DNA of 32,000 nucleotides, taken from NCBI RefSeq assembly GCF_000092105.1, contig NC_014148.1, positions 5,391,076-5,423,075 on the forward strand, read 5' to 3'. The translations under genes and the position numbers were made by a program. Below the pieces are notes generated by a model, which was given only the letters and a program-made list of their open reading frames with translations, had not been told where the DNA came from and did no database searches. This document shows, piece by piece, positions 8,478 through 17,114 of the stretch (positions are counted from its first letter, which is position 1; every line of letters begins with the position of its first letter). This DNA is from Planctopirus limnophila DSM 3776. Lineage in GTDB: Bacteria; Planctomycetota; Planctomycetia; Planctomycetales; Planctomycetaceae.

Positions 8478-8530
8478 GCACCCCATTCCGAGGAGCCCAG
8501 TTGATTATTGGAATCCCTAGAATCGAAAAG

Positions 8531-8567
8531 TACGAACCTCACACGCGACAGGCGAGTGAGGTTCGTA
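8531..8567 (-). terminator. intrinsic terminator of the HEAT-repeat lipoprotein gene
   Basis: Perfect 12-bp stem, TACGAACCTCAC (8531-8542) with GTGAGGTTCGTA (8556-8567). It lies 44 nt past the stop at 8611 and is followed on the minus strand by CTTTTCGATT. Confidence 0.75.
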
Positions 8568-8610
8568 ATTGAATACATCACAAAGTCTCTACGAATGATC
8601 CGCAGGTCAC

Positions 8611-10881
8611 TCAGGATTTGATCTGCTGCAAGGCGTACTGAGCAGCAGCCCGCAACTCTTGATCAGGATCAGTGGCGGCCTGTTCGAGTTCTGGAATCGC
8701 TACTCGCGACAAGGCACCAATCTCACCCAGTGCATAGATCGCTCCCACACGGACTCGCTTTGCAGGATCATTCAGAACCTTCATCAGGCACAGCACTGTG
8801 TCGGGTCTTTGTGGTGCCAGCTCAGCCAGTGAGTATGTGGCCAGCCAGCGGATGTTCTCATCTGAATCCTTCAGGCAGTTCTGTAACGTATCGAGAGCCC
8901 GACCGGCAAAGCGATCATTCCGCACCAGAACTTCAGCCGCATGCAGACGAACGTAACCGTCGGGATCATCGAGCGACGTGGCCAAGGCTGGCAAAGCCTC
9001 TGCCCCCAGCGGACCCAGTTCGCCGATCACAGCCGCCGAAAAGCTGCGTACTCCCGCATCCTGCGATTTCAGTCCACCGACCAATGTCTTCAGAACCTTG
9101 GGCGATTCTGCTCCCAGGCGGCTCAAAGCGAGAGCTGAGTGAACCTTCACATAAGGATCTTCGTGGTCGAGCAGAGCATTCAGGGCAGGAACAGCTTCCT
9201 GGCCTTTTGCATCCATTTGACCTAACCGATGAACGTTATGACGAATCGCATCAACACTGCTGGTTTCCAGCCCCTGCACCAGGGGTTTAACTTCTTCACT
9301 GATCGCACCACACTTCTCAATCAGCCCTTTGATGACAGGAGCAGTTGCCCCCGTCTTTTTGGCAATAGCTGTGGGGGTGACAGTCGTCTCTTTTTCCCAA
9401 TCAAAGGCATCCTGAATTCGATTCGCAGCCTCAGTTGTGGCATTGGCTGTCGAAGCGACCAGTCGGCTCTTCTCATTTTCGACCTGAGCCCAGGCCATAT
9501 CGGCAGCAGCTTCGGAAGTTTCCGTGGCGAGATCAGCAAATTGAACCGCCTGATCTTTGACTTCCTTCCGCAATTCGCTGGAAAGATTCTCTCCCTTGTC
9601 TCGCAGAGAGTTTGTGGTATTGGCCCATTCGGTGCTGGCGATGGCCTTCGATTCCATCAACTCATCGGCGGCTTTGTCGCGAGCATTGCTGGCCGTGCTT
9701 TTCAGAGAGCGGCTCAGGCTTTCGATCTTTTTGGCAGAATCTGTTTGCAACTCGGCAAACGTCTCTCCCTTTTTCGATGCAGCCTGAGCCACCTGAGGTT
9801 CAGGAGTCTCCGTCGCCCAATCGAAAGTTTTGGTCGGTTGCTTCGTCGCTTTAGCTTCTGGAATCTTTCCACCCGATTTCACAGCGGCCACAAGCTGTTC
9901 AGACTTGGATGTGGTCTCCTGGGAGGGCTTTTCCAGCTTAGCTTCGGCCTCGCTTCGCCCTTCGATCTTCGAGATCCAGGCCGCAAAATCTTCGTCACCA
10001 GTCACTTCCGAAGTTGGCTTGGAAGAAACTTGAGTCTGTGTGCCGGCTGGAGCGGCTTTCTCTTTCTCTGGAGATTTACCTGCCACGAGATCTGCGGCCG
10101 GCTTACTCGCTGTCGTTTCCTTTGATGTGGCAGATTTCGCGGAGGCAGCCTTGGCAGGATCTGATTTGGCGACCTGCCCGGATTCAGCTTTGTTCTGCAC
10201 ACGCTCCGGCCCGTTACCACGACCGGCGGCAATATCTGCCAACGCTTCCGCCAGGAAGGGATCTTCATCCGCAGGAATCAAATCACGAGAAGGCCCGCGT
10301 GTCGGCTTGACCGCTTTCTTTTCGCTACTGGAGGTATCTTTCAAAGTGCTGTCAGACTTGGTGTCGGCCAGTGCTGTCCCTTCAAAGGCCTTTGTGCTGG
10401 AGAGACCCTTGGTGGGTTTGGTCGGATTGCTGTCTGTCGAAGCAGGACTCTTCGCCGCTGTGCCGGCTTTGGAATCGTTCTTGGCGACTTGTTTATCTGC
10501 CGATGACTTCGAAGTGGTGGACTTCTCTTTGGATTCTTGAGAAGCCACGGGGGACTTGTTCTTATCGTCTTTTGATGAAGACGACACTTTGTCGTCGTCC
10601 TTACCCCACGAGAACCAACTGGCTTTCTTTACCCCTTCACCCGCTTCGTCAGCGTCGGCAAGCTGTTCTTTTTCAGCCGTCGACTTCTTGGAAGCATTCT
10701 CTTTGGAGGCGAGGGATTCTTTACCAGCTTCCTCCTTCGAAAGCGGCTTCCCTTGAGCATCAACTTTGGGTTCCCGGTCGAACCAGCCTGTCAACGTCTG
10801 ACTCGAACGAGCACAGCCCGATCCCACACTGGCCAATACAGCGGCGAGCAAAACATTTCGCAGAAGATACCACTTAACCAT
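8611..10881 (-). CDS. HEAT-repeat lipoprotein with long low-complexity linker
   Basis: Lipoprotein signal MVKWYLLRNVLLAAVLASVGSG|C, with a GGAAGGTGAAG ribosome-binding site. About 500 aa are rich in K/S/T/A/E. The C-terminal ~230 aa carry PBS-lyase-type HEAT repeats (DPYVKVHSALALSRLG, DAGVRSFSAAVIGELG, DPDGYVRLHAAEVL, DENIRWLATYSLAEL, AKRVRVGAIYALGEIG, DQELRAAAQYALQQI). Confidence 0.85.
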   Translation of the reverse strand: MVKWYLLRNVLLAAVLASVGSGCARSSQTLTGWFDREPKVDAQGKPLSKEEAGKESLASKENASKKSTAEKEQLADADEAGEGVKKASWFSWGKDDDKVSSSSKDDKNKSPVASQESKEKSTTSKSSADKQVAKNDSKAGTAAKSPASTDSNPTKPTKGLSSTKAFEGTALADTKSDSTLKDTSSSEKKAVKPTRGPSRDLIPADEDPFLAEALADIAAGRGNGPERVQNKAESGQVAKSDPAKAASAKSATSKETTASKPAADLVAGKSPEKEKAAPAGTQTQVSSKPTSEVTGDEDFAAWISKIEGRSEAEAKLEKPSQETTSKSEQLVAAVKSGGKIPEAKATKQPTKTFDWATETPEPQVAQAASKKGETFAELQTDSAKKIESLSRSLKSTASNARDKAADELMESKAIASTEWANTTNSLRDKGENLSSELRKEVKDQAVQFADLATETSEAAADMAWAQVENEKSRLVASTANATTEAANRIQDAFDWEKETTVTPTAIAKKTGATAPVIKGLIEKCGAISEEVKPLVQGLETSSVDAIRHNVHRLGQMDAKGQEAVPALNALLDHEDPYVKVHSALALSRLGAESPKVLKTLVGGLKSQDAGVRSFSAAVIGELGPLGAEALPALATSLDDPDGYVRLHAAEVLVRNDRFAGRALDTLQNCLKDSDENIRWLATYSLAELAPQRPDTVLCLMKVLNDPAKRVRVGAIYALGEIGALSRVAIPELEQAATDPDQELRAAAQYALQQIKS

Positions 10882-11481
10882 GTTTCTTCACCTTCCGTTG
10901 TGAAGCCCGCCTACTGAAGTGTTGAGCCAGAAAAGTTGTTCAATGCTCTCCGGCTGTCCTTGATGAGTTGGCCCAACATTCATTGACCGACAAATGATCT
11001 GGCAACTGCTCTCAACCGGGTTTGGCAGAGAAACAGCCATTCATTTGCCGCTGGAATTTCTAAGTTCAACCTGCATTCGCGAGATCAAATTCGCCGGGTG
11101 AGTTGTGCAAGAGCCGTTAATGACTCTTCTGACCCGGCAGTTCTTTCTCAGCGATGGACGCCTTCTCCGGCACCATCACTTGGGGTATCGGTTATGACGC
11201 TTGTGTGGAATCAGCCGCAACAACCGGCCCTGCCGAAGAATCCAGCGAGGATACCCCCTGTGCGGCACTACAATCATTACAACCGTTACAGATTGACGGG
11301 CGTAATCCGACATAATCGACGCCTTGCGTCCCTTCGCGTGTGATCCAGTCGTTCAGCGAGCTTAAGACTCACCAGATTTCGGCCATGGTGGCAAAGCCGT
11401 CAGATTCGGCAAATTCGTCAAGGTTGAAACTCGTTGCCGCCGATAACCACTTCTGGAGATGTTTCCGTACGGGGGTTCAAA

Positions 11482-11964
11482 GTGCGTCACACTGTGTTCA
11501 GCGTCATGCTGTTGCCTGCCATGAGCAGCCTGATTTTATTCGGGCTGAGTGGTTGCCAGTGCTGCCGTCTGTATAACCCTTATGCCGATGTGATTGACGA
11601 TGTTTCCGATCACGAAGGAAATGCCCAGGTCTTCTGGTCTCCCCGTTGGGATCTGACTCGCATTGGTAAAGCCGACTGGTGCGGGACAAAGTGCGTGGTT
11701 TGCGGCGGCTGCAAAGAGCGGTGCCAGGAAGAAGGTTCTTATACACCTCCTTGCCGCTGTCACCCATACCCGCAGGCTTATCCCTACGTTTACCCGAATG
11801 ACGCCTTGCAGCGGACGCAGTGGCAGGAAGTGCCGCCAGCCGGTGGTGTGACCCCAATGCCAGTCCCACCTTCACCAGCTCAATCAGTGAGTCCTGCGCA
11901 GCCAGCCATTCCACCAGTTCCCGGAGTGTCGCCACCGGCTGCTCTGCAACCTTACGATCAGTAA
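11482..11964 (+). CDS. hypothetical Cys-rich lipoprotein with Pro-rich tail
   Basis: Signal peptide and lipobox (M)RHTVFSVMLLPAMSSLILFGLSG|C. The mature part has many Cys (CQCC, WCGTKCVVCGGCKERC, PPCRC) followed by a tail PPAGGVTPMPVPPSPAQSVSPAQPAIPPVPGVSPP. The start is uncertain: GTG 11482 (GGGGG upstream) or ATG 11506. Preferred over the antisense ORF 11504..12004. Confidence 0.55.
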   Translation: MRHTVFSVMLLPAMSSLILFGLSGCQCCRLYNPYADVIDDVSDHEGNAQVFWSPRWDLTRIGKADWCGTKCVVCGGCKERCQEEGSYTPPCRCHPYPQAYPYVYPNDALQRTQWQEVPPAGGVTPMPVPPSPAQSVSPAQPAIPPVPGVSPPAALQPYDQ

Positions 11965-11996
11965 GTTCTTGCCCATCCAGCTTTGGTCTGAGTGAA

Positions 11997-13190
11997 TCAC
12001 TCACTCTGGTTTGAGACCAGTTGCCGGATAATTCGGCTGTAAAGTTCGGCCCCGCTTTGTAGTTGCTCTAAAGTGATAAATTCATCGGCAGTATGTGCCT
12101 GTCGAATCGAACCCGGGCCCAGGACGATCATCTGTTCGATTTCTGTAAACATCGTGCCATCAGTACCGTAACTGACTGTCTGCGATGATCCTGACCCCGA
12201 AAGCTCGCACATCGTTTTGACAAAGGGCGATTCCGGGTCGAGATAGAGTGGTTGTCCGCGGCGAATGACTTCAAACGTCAGTCCACAGGCAGCCGCAATC
12301 TGTTCGACCTGCGCCACCAGTTCATCCGGCTGCTGATCCGGCATGGGACGAAACGAGACCGTACAGACACTTTGTGCGGGCGTCATATTCACCACATGCG
12401 TGAAGTCGTTAATCCCTATGTTCCAACTGATCCAGGGTGGATCGAAGCGTGCATCGAGCCAGGCTGGATCAGTCAGTGTCTGGTCATGCAATCGCTTCAT
12501 TTCATACAGAAAATCGATCATCGCCAGATTGGCATTGAGACCTTCGCGTGTGCTCGAATGGGCGGCTCTGCCTGAAGAGGTTGCCTTGAGAACGTACATC
12601 CCCTTATGTGCGTGAACCACACTCAGCTCGGTGGGTTCACCAATAATGCCAGCCACTTTTTCGTCCACGAGTTGTCGATAAAGTTGTGATCGAGCAGCCA
12701 CATCGGCGGCTCCATAGAATCCCACTTCTTCATCAGCTGTGGCGACCACATAAATCGGTGCTGCCTGTTCCTCGACAGGGCATTGCTCAATCGCTGCGAG
12801 AAAAGCGGCGGCTGAACCTTTCATATCACAGGCACCACGCCCATACAGGCGGTCACCCATGACGACGGGTGTAAAAGGTTGTTGTGGTTGAGTCGGGCCC
12901 TGTAGAGAATCACTCTCTTTAAGGCCCACCCATCCTTCGGCAGGAACCACATCGGTGTGGCAGAAGTAGGCCACGCCACCCGTCGATTTTGCGGGGCCTC
13001 TTCGTCCGATCACACTCGATTTCAAAACACCTTTAAAATCGTGGTATGTGAGAACTTCCGTGATAAAGCCATGCTCTTTCAACCAGTTTTCTAGAAACAA
13101 CGTCGCGGCATGATTACTGTCTCGGCTGACCGTCGGGATGCGAATCAGTTGCATCGCCAGTTCTAACGCCCGTGCACCGAGTCCATTCAT
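11997..13190 (-). CDS. M20 family metallohydrolase (ArgE/DapE-like deacylase)
   Basis: Metal-binding signatures YFCHTDVVP and LYGRGACDMKGS, plus ATADEEVG. Length is 397 aa, with an AAGGAA ribosome-binding site. Substrate cannot be assigned from sequence alone. Confidence 0.9.
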   Translation of the reverse strand: MNGLGARALELAMQLIRIPTVSRDSNHAATLFLENWLKEHGFITEVLTYHDFKGVLKSSVIGRRGPAKSTGGVAYFCHTDVVPAEGWVGLKESDSLQGPTQPQQPFTPVVMGDRLYGRGACDMKGSAAAFLAAIEQCPVEEQAAPIYVVATADEEVGFYGAADVAARSQLYRQLVDEKVAGIIGEPTELSVVHAHKGMYVLKATSSGRAAHSSTREGLNANLAMIDFLYEMKRLHDQTLTDPAWLDARFDPPWISWNIGINDFTHVVNMTPAQSVCTVSFRPMPDQQPDELVAQVEQIAAACGLTFEVIRRGQPLYLDPESPFVKTMCELSGSGSSQTVSYGTDGTMFTEIEQMIVLGPGSIRQAHTADEFITLEQLQSGAELYSRIIRQLVSNQSE

Positions 13191-13326
13191 CAGTTACGTT
13201 CCTTGTTTCGAACCTTTGACCAGTGGTCATCTTCTGGTGAGGATGAGTTCCTGAGATTCGAGATGACTTTCGAATTGGCCTGGCTTTGACTCAGTCTCAG
13301 AATGAAAGCGATCAGCGTGAAAATCT

Positions 13327-14133
13327 TCAGCGGTGCTGTTCGAGGAGCCACTTGTAAAGTTCAGGGTTGTTGTAAGTGGTCGTCCAGCTGTCATGGCCGA
13401 CACCTGGATAGACGGTCAACTTTGGCTGGCCACCGGCAGCACGAATCGCCTCCACCATCTCTGTGGTTGCTTTGAGTGGTACGACGGAATCTGCATCACC
13501 ATGAAACGTCCAGATGGGAAGCGATTTCAATGATTCTGCATACTCGGCCTTCCCACCTCCACAAATAGGCACGACGGCTGCAAACAGCGTCGGTTGTTTT
13601 GCTGCCAGTCGCCATGAACCAAAACCACCCATGCTCAGCCCTGTGAGATAAACGCGATCTTTGTCTGAATGTGTGGTCTTGAGAATGTGCTCAACCAAAG
13701 CCAGCAATTCACCAGCATCCCATCGCTCAAACACAGGCCGCTGTGTTTCCGTGGCTTGAGGTGAAACCACGATGAATTGTTCGAGTTCAGGCAAGGTTCC
13801 CACGAGCTTGGGGGGGCCATGCTTTTTGACCTTCTCCAGATCAGAACCACTTTCCCCAGCGCCATGCAAGAACAGCATCACGGGCCACTTTTTCGAAGTG
13901 TCGCTGGCGGTGTAATTCTTGGGCAGATAAATCCAATATTGAATGGCCTGTGCTGGCAGATTTTCAAGAACCAGCTTCTGCGCGACCTGTTCCCCTGCTG
14001 CGGGTGTTTTGGAAAAATCAATCGCATCGGCGGCCAGGGCCGATTTCACATGTCCTAAAGCCACAAACATCATGGCATTAAGTAACACCAGAGGGAGCCC
14101 GCAGCAAATCTTTCTGTGCCATTCTTTCAACAT
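13327..14133 (-). CDS. secreted alpha/beta hydrolase (phospholipase/carboxylesterase-type esterase)
   Basis: Signal peptide ...VALGHVKSALA|AD. Oxyanion region MLFLHGAGESG, nucleophile elbow GLSMGGFGS, FHGDADSVVP and GVGHDSW complete a Ser-Asp-His arrangement. Confidence 0.85.
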   Translation of the reverse strand: MLKEWHRKICCGLPLVLLNAMMFVALGHVKSALAADAIDFSKTPAAGEQVAQKLVLENLPAQAIQYWIYLPKNYTASDTSKKWPVMLFLHGAGESGSDLEKVKKHGPPKLVGTLPELEQFIVVSPQATETQRPVFERWDAGELLALVEHILKTTHSDKDRVYLTGLSMGGFGSWRLAAKQPTLFAAVVPICGGGKAEYAESLKSLPIWTFHGDADSVVPLKATTEMVEAIRAAGGQPKLTVYPGVGHDSWTTTYNNPELYKWLLEQHR

Positions 14134-14315
14134 GTTGCCTGACTCCGTCTCAAATGGTGCTGCTTCTGAATTGAGCTGATTCTGTATAAGTCAGCAGGTC
14201 GCGCTGGCTGATCCACGATTCTCATTGAAGGTAGGCTTTAACTGAGTTGGCTGCAATCAGTTGTTGACTGAGAAACACGCCAGAAACTCCACTGAATTGG
14301 TAAGCCAGCTCCTGC

Positions 14316-16283
14316 ATGATTAGCATGCAATATGGAAAAATCGTTTTCACCAGGGGAAGCAGGCCAATGGAAGCACAATCGACAACGATGCATTTGCTGC
14401 AACTCCTGCTGATGCTCTTTGGCGTCGATCAGGCGGGGTTACCTCCCGGGGAACCCGATCTTGTTGTCCAGCGAGCAGCACCTGCCACGGCGGTCTATCG
14501 CAGTGACTGGACGGCACCGGGCCAAGGTGACCCCGGTGCCCCGGGGATTGATGGCTTTTTTGCCGACGTCGAAATCAGCAATTTCCGGCAGGCGCTCGAT
14601 CGTGCTCATCGTGATTTTTCTAATGAGCTGGATCACGACTTTGGCGTGACGCTCGCCGATTGGGATCATGCCGAAGCGAATCTCTTCCGTATGAAATTTC
14701 TGAAGCATGTCCTGGTTCGCCATGCCGGCAGCCTCTGGATTGAGCCGACACCTGCCTTTGACGAAGCCGTCATTGCCCGAGCGCAGAAAAAACTGGAAGG
14801 TAGCGATGCCAACGAGAATGGTGACGCCTCATTTCCGGGAACTCTGGAGGCTATCCCTCCTTTCTGGCGAGTGAGCTCGATGATCCTGCTGATTCGGGCA
14901 GGCGATGAGGCCGATCGAGTTCAGAAGGTGCTCGAACTTTGCCTGGGTCTCGAAGAGGCCACCGGCAACCAGGCCCACGAATTCCGCCATGCGAATCTGA
15001 TGGCTGTCCCTGTCATCATGCATCGCCAGGAGAACGATCTCTGGGTGGCGATTGGCGAATCGGCACTGAGACAAGCCCTCGAGCGCACTCGCCAGTCACC
15101 AGAGATCAAGGCAGAAAAGGCGATTCGATACGAGCAGGCCATTTCCCGAATGGGGATCAGCCGGATCGGTGCGACTCATTTCGTAGATGTCGAGGGTCTG
15201 CGTGACCTGCTGCGAAAGATCCCCGATCCTGCGGTTCAAGCACAGCTTTTACTGGCGGATCTCGCGGGTTTCAGTTCCGTACAAAGCTGTGCCAGTGCCA
15301 CGGGTGTTTCTCAAGGAACACTCACCATGCGCGGCCAGATCGTGTTCAATCAGGAACCCCAAGGCCTGTGGCACATGCTCGATACGCCGGCACTCACAGA
15401 AAAAGACTTTGAACGTGTGCCTGCCAAAGCTGAACTCGTGGCGGCACTCAAACTCAGCCCGGCTCAGTGGCTCAAAACTTTCCGTAAAACAATGAAGGAA
15501 TCCGTCCCCGGGAGTCAGGCTTTGCTGGATGAAACGATTCAGCAGATGAATACCGAACTGGGCGTCATGGTTGAAGAAGATATCTTTTCGGCTTTCGGCG
15601 ACACATGGATACTCTTTGCTTCGAGTGAGCAGGGGGCCATGCTCGACGGTGGTCTGATTGGTAGCTGGGAAGTGCGTGATCCGCGCACAGCGGTTGCTGC
15701 CTTTGCCGAGATCATGAAAGTTGTAGCGAATAGTGTGAGCGTTGAAGATGGTGCCAAAGTCCAGCAGACCGAGTTCATGGATCGCACCATCTATACCATC
15801 GAGACGCCAAGTTACTCGATTCTGCGCACCACGTGGTCGCTGTGCCTGACCGATCGACATCTGGTCGTGGCCTCGCATCCTCAAGCGATCAAGGCGTATC
15901 TGCGCTTTCTGCAAAGTGGCCAACCAGGTTTCAATACGACGATGACAGGAAAAAAGTCGTTGTCTAAGGAAGGGCAGGTGCTGGGTTACGTGTGGATGGA
16001 CAGTGCGACCATCTTAACTCCCATGATTTCGTTATGGTCCACCTGGCTTGATTACAGCGGTCTGGTGAATGATGGATTTGGGGAAGAAGAGTCCAGTCGG
16101 ATCCAGGCGATTGATTTTCCCTCCGCAGCGGCAATTCTGCCTTATGTCCAACCGGGGCGAGCGACCATTGTGCGTTCACCCCGAGCGATCACTCTGGAAG
16201 TCGAACGGCCACTCCCATTAATCGCTGTGATGGAGAATCTGCTGCGATCTTACCTGGCAGAGTATGAGATGAACGCCTGGTGA
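14316..16283 (+). CDS. hypothetical protein (large, no family confidently recognised)
   Basis: 655-aa uninterrupted ORF with balanced composition. The antisense ORFs inside it look Arg-rich and spurious. The start is uncertain: ATG at 14316, 14367 (AGGGGAAGCAGG upstream) or 14388. Confidence 0.75.
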   Translation: MISMQYGKIVFTRGSRPMEAQSTTMHLLQLLLMLFGVDQAGLPPGEPDLVVQRAAPATAVYRSDWTAPGQGDPGAPGIDGFFADVEISNFRQALDRAHRDFSNELDHDFGVTLADWDHAEANLFRMKFLKHVLVRHAGSLWIEPTPAFDEAVIARAQKKLEGSDANENGDASFPGTLEAIPPFWRVSSMILLIRAGDEADRVQKVLELCLGLEEATGNQAHEFRHANLMAVPVIMHRQENDLWVAIGESALRQALERTRQSPEIKAEKAIRYEQAISRMGISRIGATHFVDVEGLRDLLRKIPDPAVQAQLLLADLAGFSSVQSCASATGVSQGTLTMRGQIVFNQEPQGLWHMLDTPALTEKDFERVPAKAELVAALKLSPAQWLKTFRKTMKESVPGSQALLDETIQQMNTELGVMVEEDIFSAFGDTWILFASSEQGAMLDGGLIGSWEVRDPRTAVAAFAEIMKVVANSVSVEDGAKVQQTEFMDRTIYTIETPSYSILRTTWSLCLTDRHLVVASHPQAIKAYLRFLQSGQPGFNTTMTGKKSLSKEGQVLGYVWMDSATILTPMISLWSTWLDYSGLVNDGFGEEESSRIQAIDFPSAAAILPYVQPGRATIVRSPRAITLEVERPLPLIAVMENLLRSYLAEYEMNAW

Positions 16284-16334
16284 TGATCCAGCAGCAGACA
16301 GGCAGGATCGAAGCGAGCATGATCGGGTTTTGGT

Positions 16335-16754
16335 TTAGGTGATCGATTGCTTCTGCAGCCACTGATTGATTTTTGCTGCCAGAATAAAGTCGTTCTCGGA
16401 AAGCCCATCAATCGCATGCGTCCAGAGATCGACACGGATGTGACGATAGCTCGTCAGGTGCAGATCAGGGTGATGTTGCTCAGCCTCGGCCAATTCGGCC
16501 AGCGCATTCAGTTGCTCCATCGCCGAGACAAAGTTGCGGGCTCGCCACGAGCGACTGATCAGCTTGTTGTCACCCGAGACCTGCCAGCCCGGTACAAGCA
16601 GCAAATGGGTGGCAATCTCAGCAGGTTCCAGTCGAGGAATGCCTCCTTCACAGGGGAGGCATTTTTTCGCCAGCAGCGATTCCGCCAGAACGGATTTGTT
16701 TGAGGCGAGTTCACATGCCGGAGATGTTGTCGTGAATTGCTGGCGATCGGACAT
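16335..16754 (-). CDS. phhB: 4a-hydroxytetrahydrobiopterin (pterin-4a-carbinolamine) dehydratase
   Basis: C.PCEGG...L...E......VPGW, then AELAEAEQHHPDLHLTSYRHIRVDLWTHAIDGLSENDFILAAKI, the PCD signature including HHPD. GAGGGAGG ribosome-binding site. About 30 aa of extra N-terminus. Confidence 0.9.
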   Translation of the reverse strand: MSDRQQFTTTSPACELASNKSVLAESLLAKKCLPCEGGIPRLEPAEIATHLLLVPGWQVSGDNKLISRSWRARNFVSAMEQLNALAELAEAEQHHPDLHLTSYRHIRVDLWTHAIDGLSENDFILAAKINQWLQKQSIT

Positions 16755-16963
16755 TGAGATGCCTCCCTCGATTTATCGTATGGATTCAATCATTTGTGAA
16801 TCGATACAGCATACAGGAGGGAGATGATGGGTCATGAGAGGAATTCATGCTCAGCCCAGTTTTGCAGGGTGTCATGAAGTTCCGACGGAATGCACCATCT
16901 TTCACTGCATGACAAGAATGCGGGCGCTTCACAGGACGGTCTCAATGATTCAGGCGGGGGTGG

Positions 16964-16993
16964 CTGGGGTCAAACGTCCTCGTTTGCCCCCAG
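16964..16993. repeat. strong palindromic unit, third member of the TGGCTGGGGT-headed family
   Basis: CTGGGGTCAAACG (16964-16976), loop TCCT, CGTTTGCCCCCAG (16981-16993), with 12 of 13 positions paired. The preceding TGG plus CTGGGGT is identical to 8404-8413. It lies in a 360-bp non-coding gap about 120 nt past the lipoprotein stop. Confidence 0.6.
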
Positions 16994-17114
16994 TTCATTG
17001 GACTCCGATCGCTTATGGCGAGCATGCTCGCAAGTCAGGAAAACATGTCGCAGATGCAGGTATCCGATCCAAACTACCCAAAGGCGTCGTACGGCAAAAG
17101 GACGCAAAATGCAG

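Noticed and set aside
8269-8481. 70-aa minus-strand ORF spanning the GGCT gene end and the palindromic units
   Set aside because: It overlaps the 3' end of a well-supported gene and is otherwise encoded by the inverted repeats. The peptide is Pro/Gly/Arg-rich with no features.
9229-10877. Several long plus-strand ORFs (9229..10125, 10040..10540, 10371..10877) opposite the HEAT lipoprotein gene
   Set aside because: They lie antisense to the low-complexity K/S/T/A/E tether, whose codon bias removes stops on the other strand. The translations are Leu/Phe/Arg/Ser-rich nonsense with no start context.
11504-12004. 166-aa minus-strand ORF opposite the Cys-rich lipoprotein gene, with a GTG start overlapping the M20 stop
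   Set aside because: After about 45 aa the translation becomes Arg/His/Ser-rich with no features. The plus-strand product has a textbook lipoprotein signal and patterned Cys. This is kept as a caveat, because the strand is not proven.
13217-13229. Perfect palindrome TGACCAGTGGTCA 27 nt upstream of the M20 start codon, as a possible operator
   Set aside because: A 6+6 palindrome at a fixed spacing is expected several times by chance in 32 kb, and there is no second copy or known matching motif. It is noted only as a weak candidate.
15249-15923. 224-aa minus-strand ORF inside the 14316..16283 gene. The same applies to 25684..26283 inside the RDD gene, 29866..30405 inside the HEAT gene and 1368..1802 inside the FHA gene.
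   Set aside because: They are fully nested antisense ORFs with Arg/His-rich composition and no ribosome-binding site. The sense-strand genes are much longer and carry recognisable domains.
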